A DNA stretch of 55,373 nt from Woeseiaceae bacterium (GTDB lineage Bacteria > Pseudomonadota > Gammaproteobacteria > Steroidobacterales > Woeseiaceae): NCBI GenBank assembly GCA_041552015.1, contig JBFELT010000001.1:1-55373 (forward strand). Reading direction: 5' to 3'. A program made the translations under genes and the position numbers. Shown here piece by piece: positions 53,985 through 55,373 of this stretch (the stretch's first letter is position 1; each line of letters begins with the position of its first letter). Under the pieces are notes generated by a model. It was not told the origin of the DNA and did no database searches. It saw only the letters and a list, made by a program, of their open reading frames with translations.

Positions 53985-55373
53985 TCAATCGAGCCACTGG
54001 CTCCAGATGCCCTCCACGAATTCACGCTCCGGCCGAAAATCGGCGGCGCTGGCGAGTGCCGGTCGACCGTCGATAACCAGGTGATGCTGCACCAGGCGGT
54101 ACGAGCGATAGCAGTCCTGCAGTCGGCGACCGACCTCGGCATCGAGCGCGCCGATTTCGACGAGCGCATCCAGTTGCCGGATGTTATCGGTGAAATGGAT
54201 AACCTGCGGGTCCGTTTTCGCCCTGCTCAGCACCAGGTACTGAACGAGGAATTCGATGTCGCCGATCCCCCCGACACCGTTCTTGAGGTCGAAATACTCA
54301 TCACTGGTCTTGTCCAGTTGCTTGCGCATCCGCTGGCGCATTGAAATCACGTCGGCGCGCAGCGAGTCGCGCTTGACACGATCGATCAGCGTGTCCCTGC
54401 GGATTCGTTCGAATTCGCGTGCCACGGCGGGGCTTCCCGCTACCGGGCGCGCGCGCAGCAGCGCCTGGTGTTCCCATGTCCACGCGTTGTCTTCCTGGTA
54501 GCGTTCGAATGCTTCGGTGCTCGTAACGAGCAGTCCGGAGCGGCCGTCCGGCCGCAAGCGGGTGTCGATATCATAGAGTGAACCGGAACCGGTCTGCGTG
54601 GTCAGGAAAAGCACCAGTCGCCTGACGAGACGGGCAAAAAACAGGGTGTTATCGAGCGATTTCTCGCCGTCGGTTGCTCGCGACTTCCCACGTGAGTCGT
54701 GCAGGAAGACGATATCCAGGTCGGAGCCGTAGGACAGCTCGAGCCCGCCCAGTTTGCCGTAGCCGACGATACCGAAGCCCGCCTCGTGCTTCTTGCCATC
54801 GATCGTGTAGCAGGGCACGCCATGTCGCGCCGTCATATCCTCCCAGACGACGCTCAGGGCCTCTTCGAGGACCGTTTCGGCAAGCCACGTGAGTCCGTCA
54901 CTGACCTTCATGATCGGCAGGCTACCGGTGAAGTCGGCGACCGCGATGCGGAATTTTATCGCCCGCTGAAAGCCGACGATCGAGTCCATGCGCGCCTCGC
55001 TGTCGCCGCGGGCAATGGCCGACGTTCGCGCCCGGAGCTCTTCCTCCAGATCCGACTTGCCCACGGCGCTCGAATACAGCTGGGGATCCAGCAGCTCATC
55101 GAGCAGCGCAGGCTGGCGGGCAATCTGATCCGCAACGTAACGACTGCGAGCACAGAGATCCACGAGCCGGCGCATCGCCGCAGGATTTTCGTTCAGCAGG
55201 GCCAGGTAGGCGCTGCGACGAAGGACGTGTGCCACCACATCCAGAACGCGTGTCAGTGCCGTCAGTGGCTCGCTTGACCGCAGGACCTCGCACAGCAGTG
55301 ACGGCATGAATCGGCTCAATCGCTTCGCCGCAATAGCGTCGATCTGCTCGGTCGCAGGCGCGTTGGCAAATGC
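53985..55373 (-). CDS. glnE: bifunctional glutamine synthetase adenylyltransferase/adenylyl-removing enzyme (C-terminal part; 5' end outside window)
   Basis: The frame stays open to the window edge. Nucleotidyltransferase motif GKLGGLELSYGSDLDIVFLHD and GlnE-type helical regions. Confidence 0.85.
   Translation of the reverse strand, partial: AFANAPATEQIDAIAAKRLSRFMPSLLCEVLRSSEPLTALTRVLDVVAHVLRRSAYLALLNENPAAMRRLVDLCARSRYVADQIARQPALLDELLDPQLYSSAVGKSDLEEELRARTSAIARGDSEARMDSIVGFQRAIKFRIAVADFTGSLPIMKVSDGLTWLAETVLEEALSVVWEDMTARHGVPCYTIDGKKHEAGFGIVGYGKLGGLELSYGSDLDIVFLHDSRGKSRATDGEKSLDNTLFFARLVRRLVLFLTTQTGSGSLYDIDTRLRPDGRSGLLVTSTEAFERYQEDNAWTWEHQALLRARPVAGSPAVAREFERIRRDTLIDRVKRDSLRADVISMRQRMRKQLDKTSDEYFDLKNGVGGIGDIEFLVQYLVLSRAKTDPQVIHFTDNIRQLDALVEIGALDAEVGRRLQDCYRSYRLVQHHLVIDGRPALASAADFRPEREFVEGIWSQWLD

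Noticed and set aside
1-55373. Looked for tRNA/rRNA genes, CRISPR repeat arrays, integrases or transposases, phage genes, toxin-antitoxin pairs and known defence genes.
   Set aside because: I saw no periodic direct repeats, no T-loop/acceptor-like tRNA signatures in intergenic DNA, and no ORF with recombinase, nuclease-helicase or other defence motifs. All sizeable ORFs are accounted for by housekeeping families. A tRNAscan/Infernal and defence-system scan would be the decisive check.

Overview
This is a 55.4-kb, roughly 62% GC stretch of what looks like gammaproteobacterial core chromosome, densely coded on both strands. I found no rRNA, tRNA, CRISPR array, IS element, integrase, prophage or defence-island signature.

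Gene order resembles the Pseudomonas pil-chp neighbourhood (this comparison is from memory, not a search). Left to right:
- ggt (5' partial), a TolB-propeller/amidohydrolase-like gene, and an amidase-signature amidase.
- An HExxH membrane protein and an orphan BtuD/FecE-type ABC ATPase.
- A divergent IMPase-family gene.
- A cobalamin riboswitch followed by btuB and a PduO-type adenosyltransferase.
- A btuF-like gene, ampE and ampD on the minus strand, then rsmE.
- A complete Pil-Chp twitching chemosensory cluster on the minus strand: pilG, pilH, pilI, pilJ, chpA, chpC.
- gshB, a tonB3-like gene, yqgE and ruvX.
- pyrB coupled to a pyrK-like gene.
- Three tandem PilT-family ATPases (pilT, pilU, a second pilU-like gene).
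- yggS, proC, yggT, a DUF4426-like gene, an HU-like gene, an alpha/beta hydrolase and rocD.
- A coiled-coil/HhH protein with an OmpA-like protein.
- htpG, msrB and an FKBP gene behind a sigma-32-type promoter.
- Several small unknown ORFs, ppnN, an L,D-transpeptidase and mltD.
- An AstE/AspA-family peptidase.
- LPS inner-core genes (lpxL, kdkA, a GT9 gene, waaF, hldD), a zf-CHCC miniprotein, and glnE (5' partial at the right edge).

I do not see an obvious novel multi-gene accessory system. The most interesting candidates are:
- A near-perfect sigma-54 promoter at 3432-3447. It would drive an ORF-less, A-rich RNA of about 200 nt that ends at a strong intrinsic terminator. This could be a CrcZ-like Hfq-sponge sRNA or an attenuated leader of the amidase.
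- pyrB translationally coupled to a PyrK-like flavoprotein where Pseudomonas has pyrC'.
- A 107-nt near-perfect hairpin between pilU2 and pyrB whose wobble pairs favour the non-coding (+) strand.
- A triple PilT/PilU array, and a ChpA with few canonical Hpt motifs and no pilK/chpB.

All product calls rest on motif recognition by eye in the supplied translations. No searches were run.
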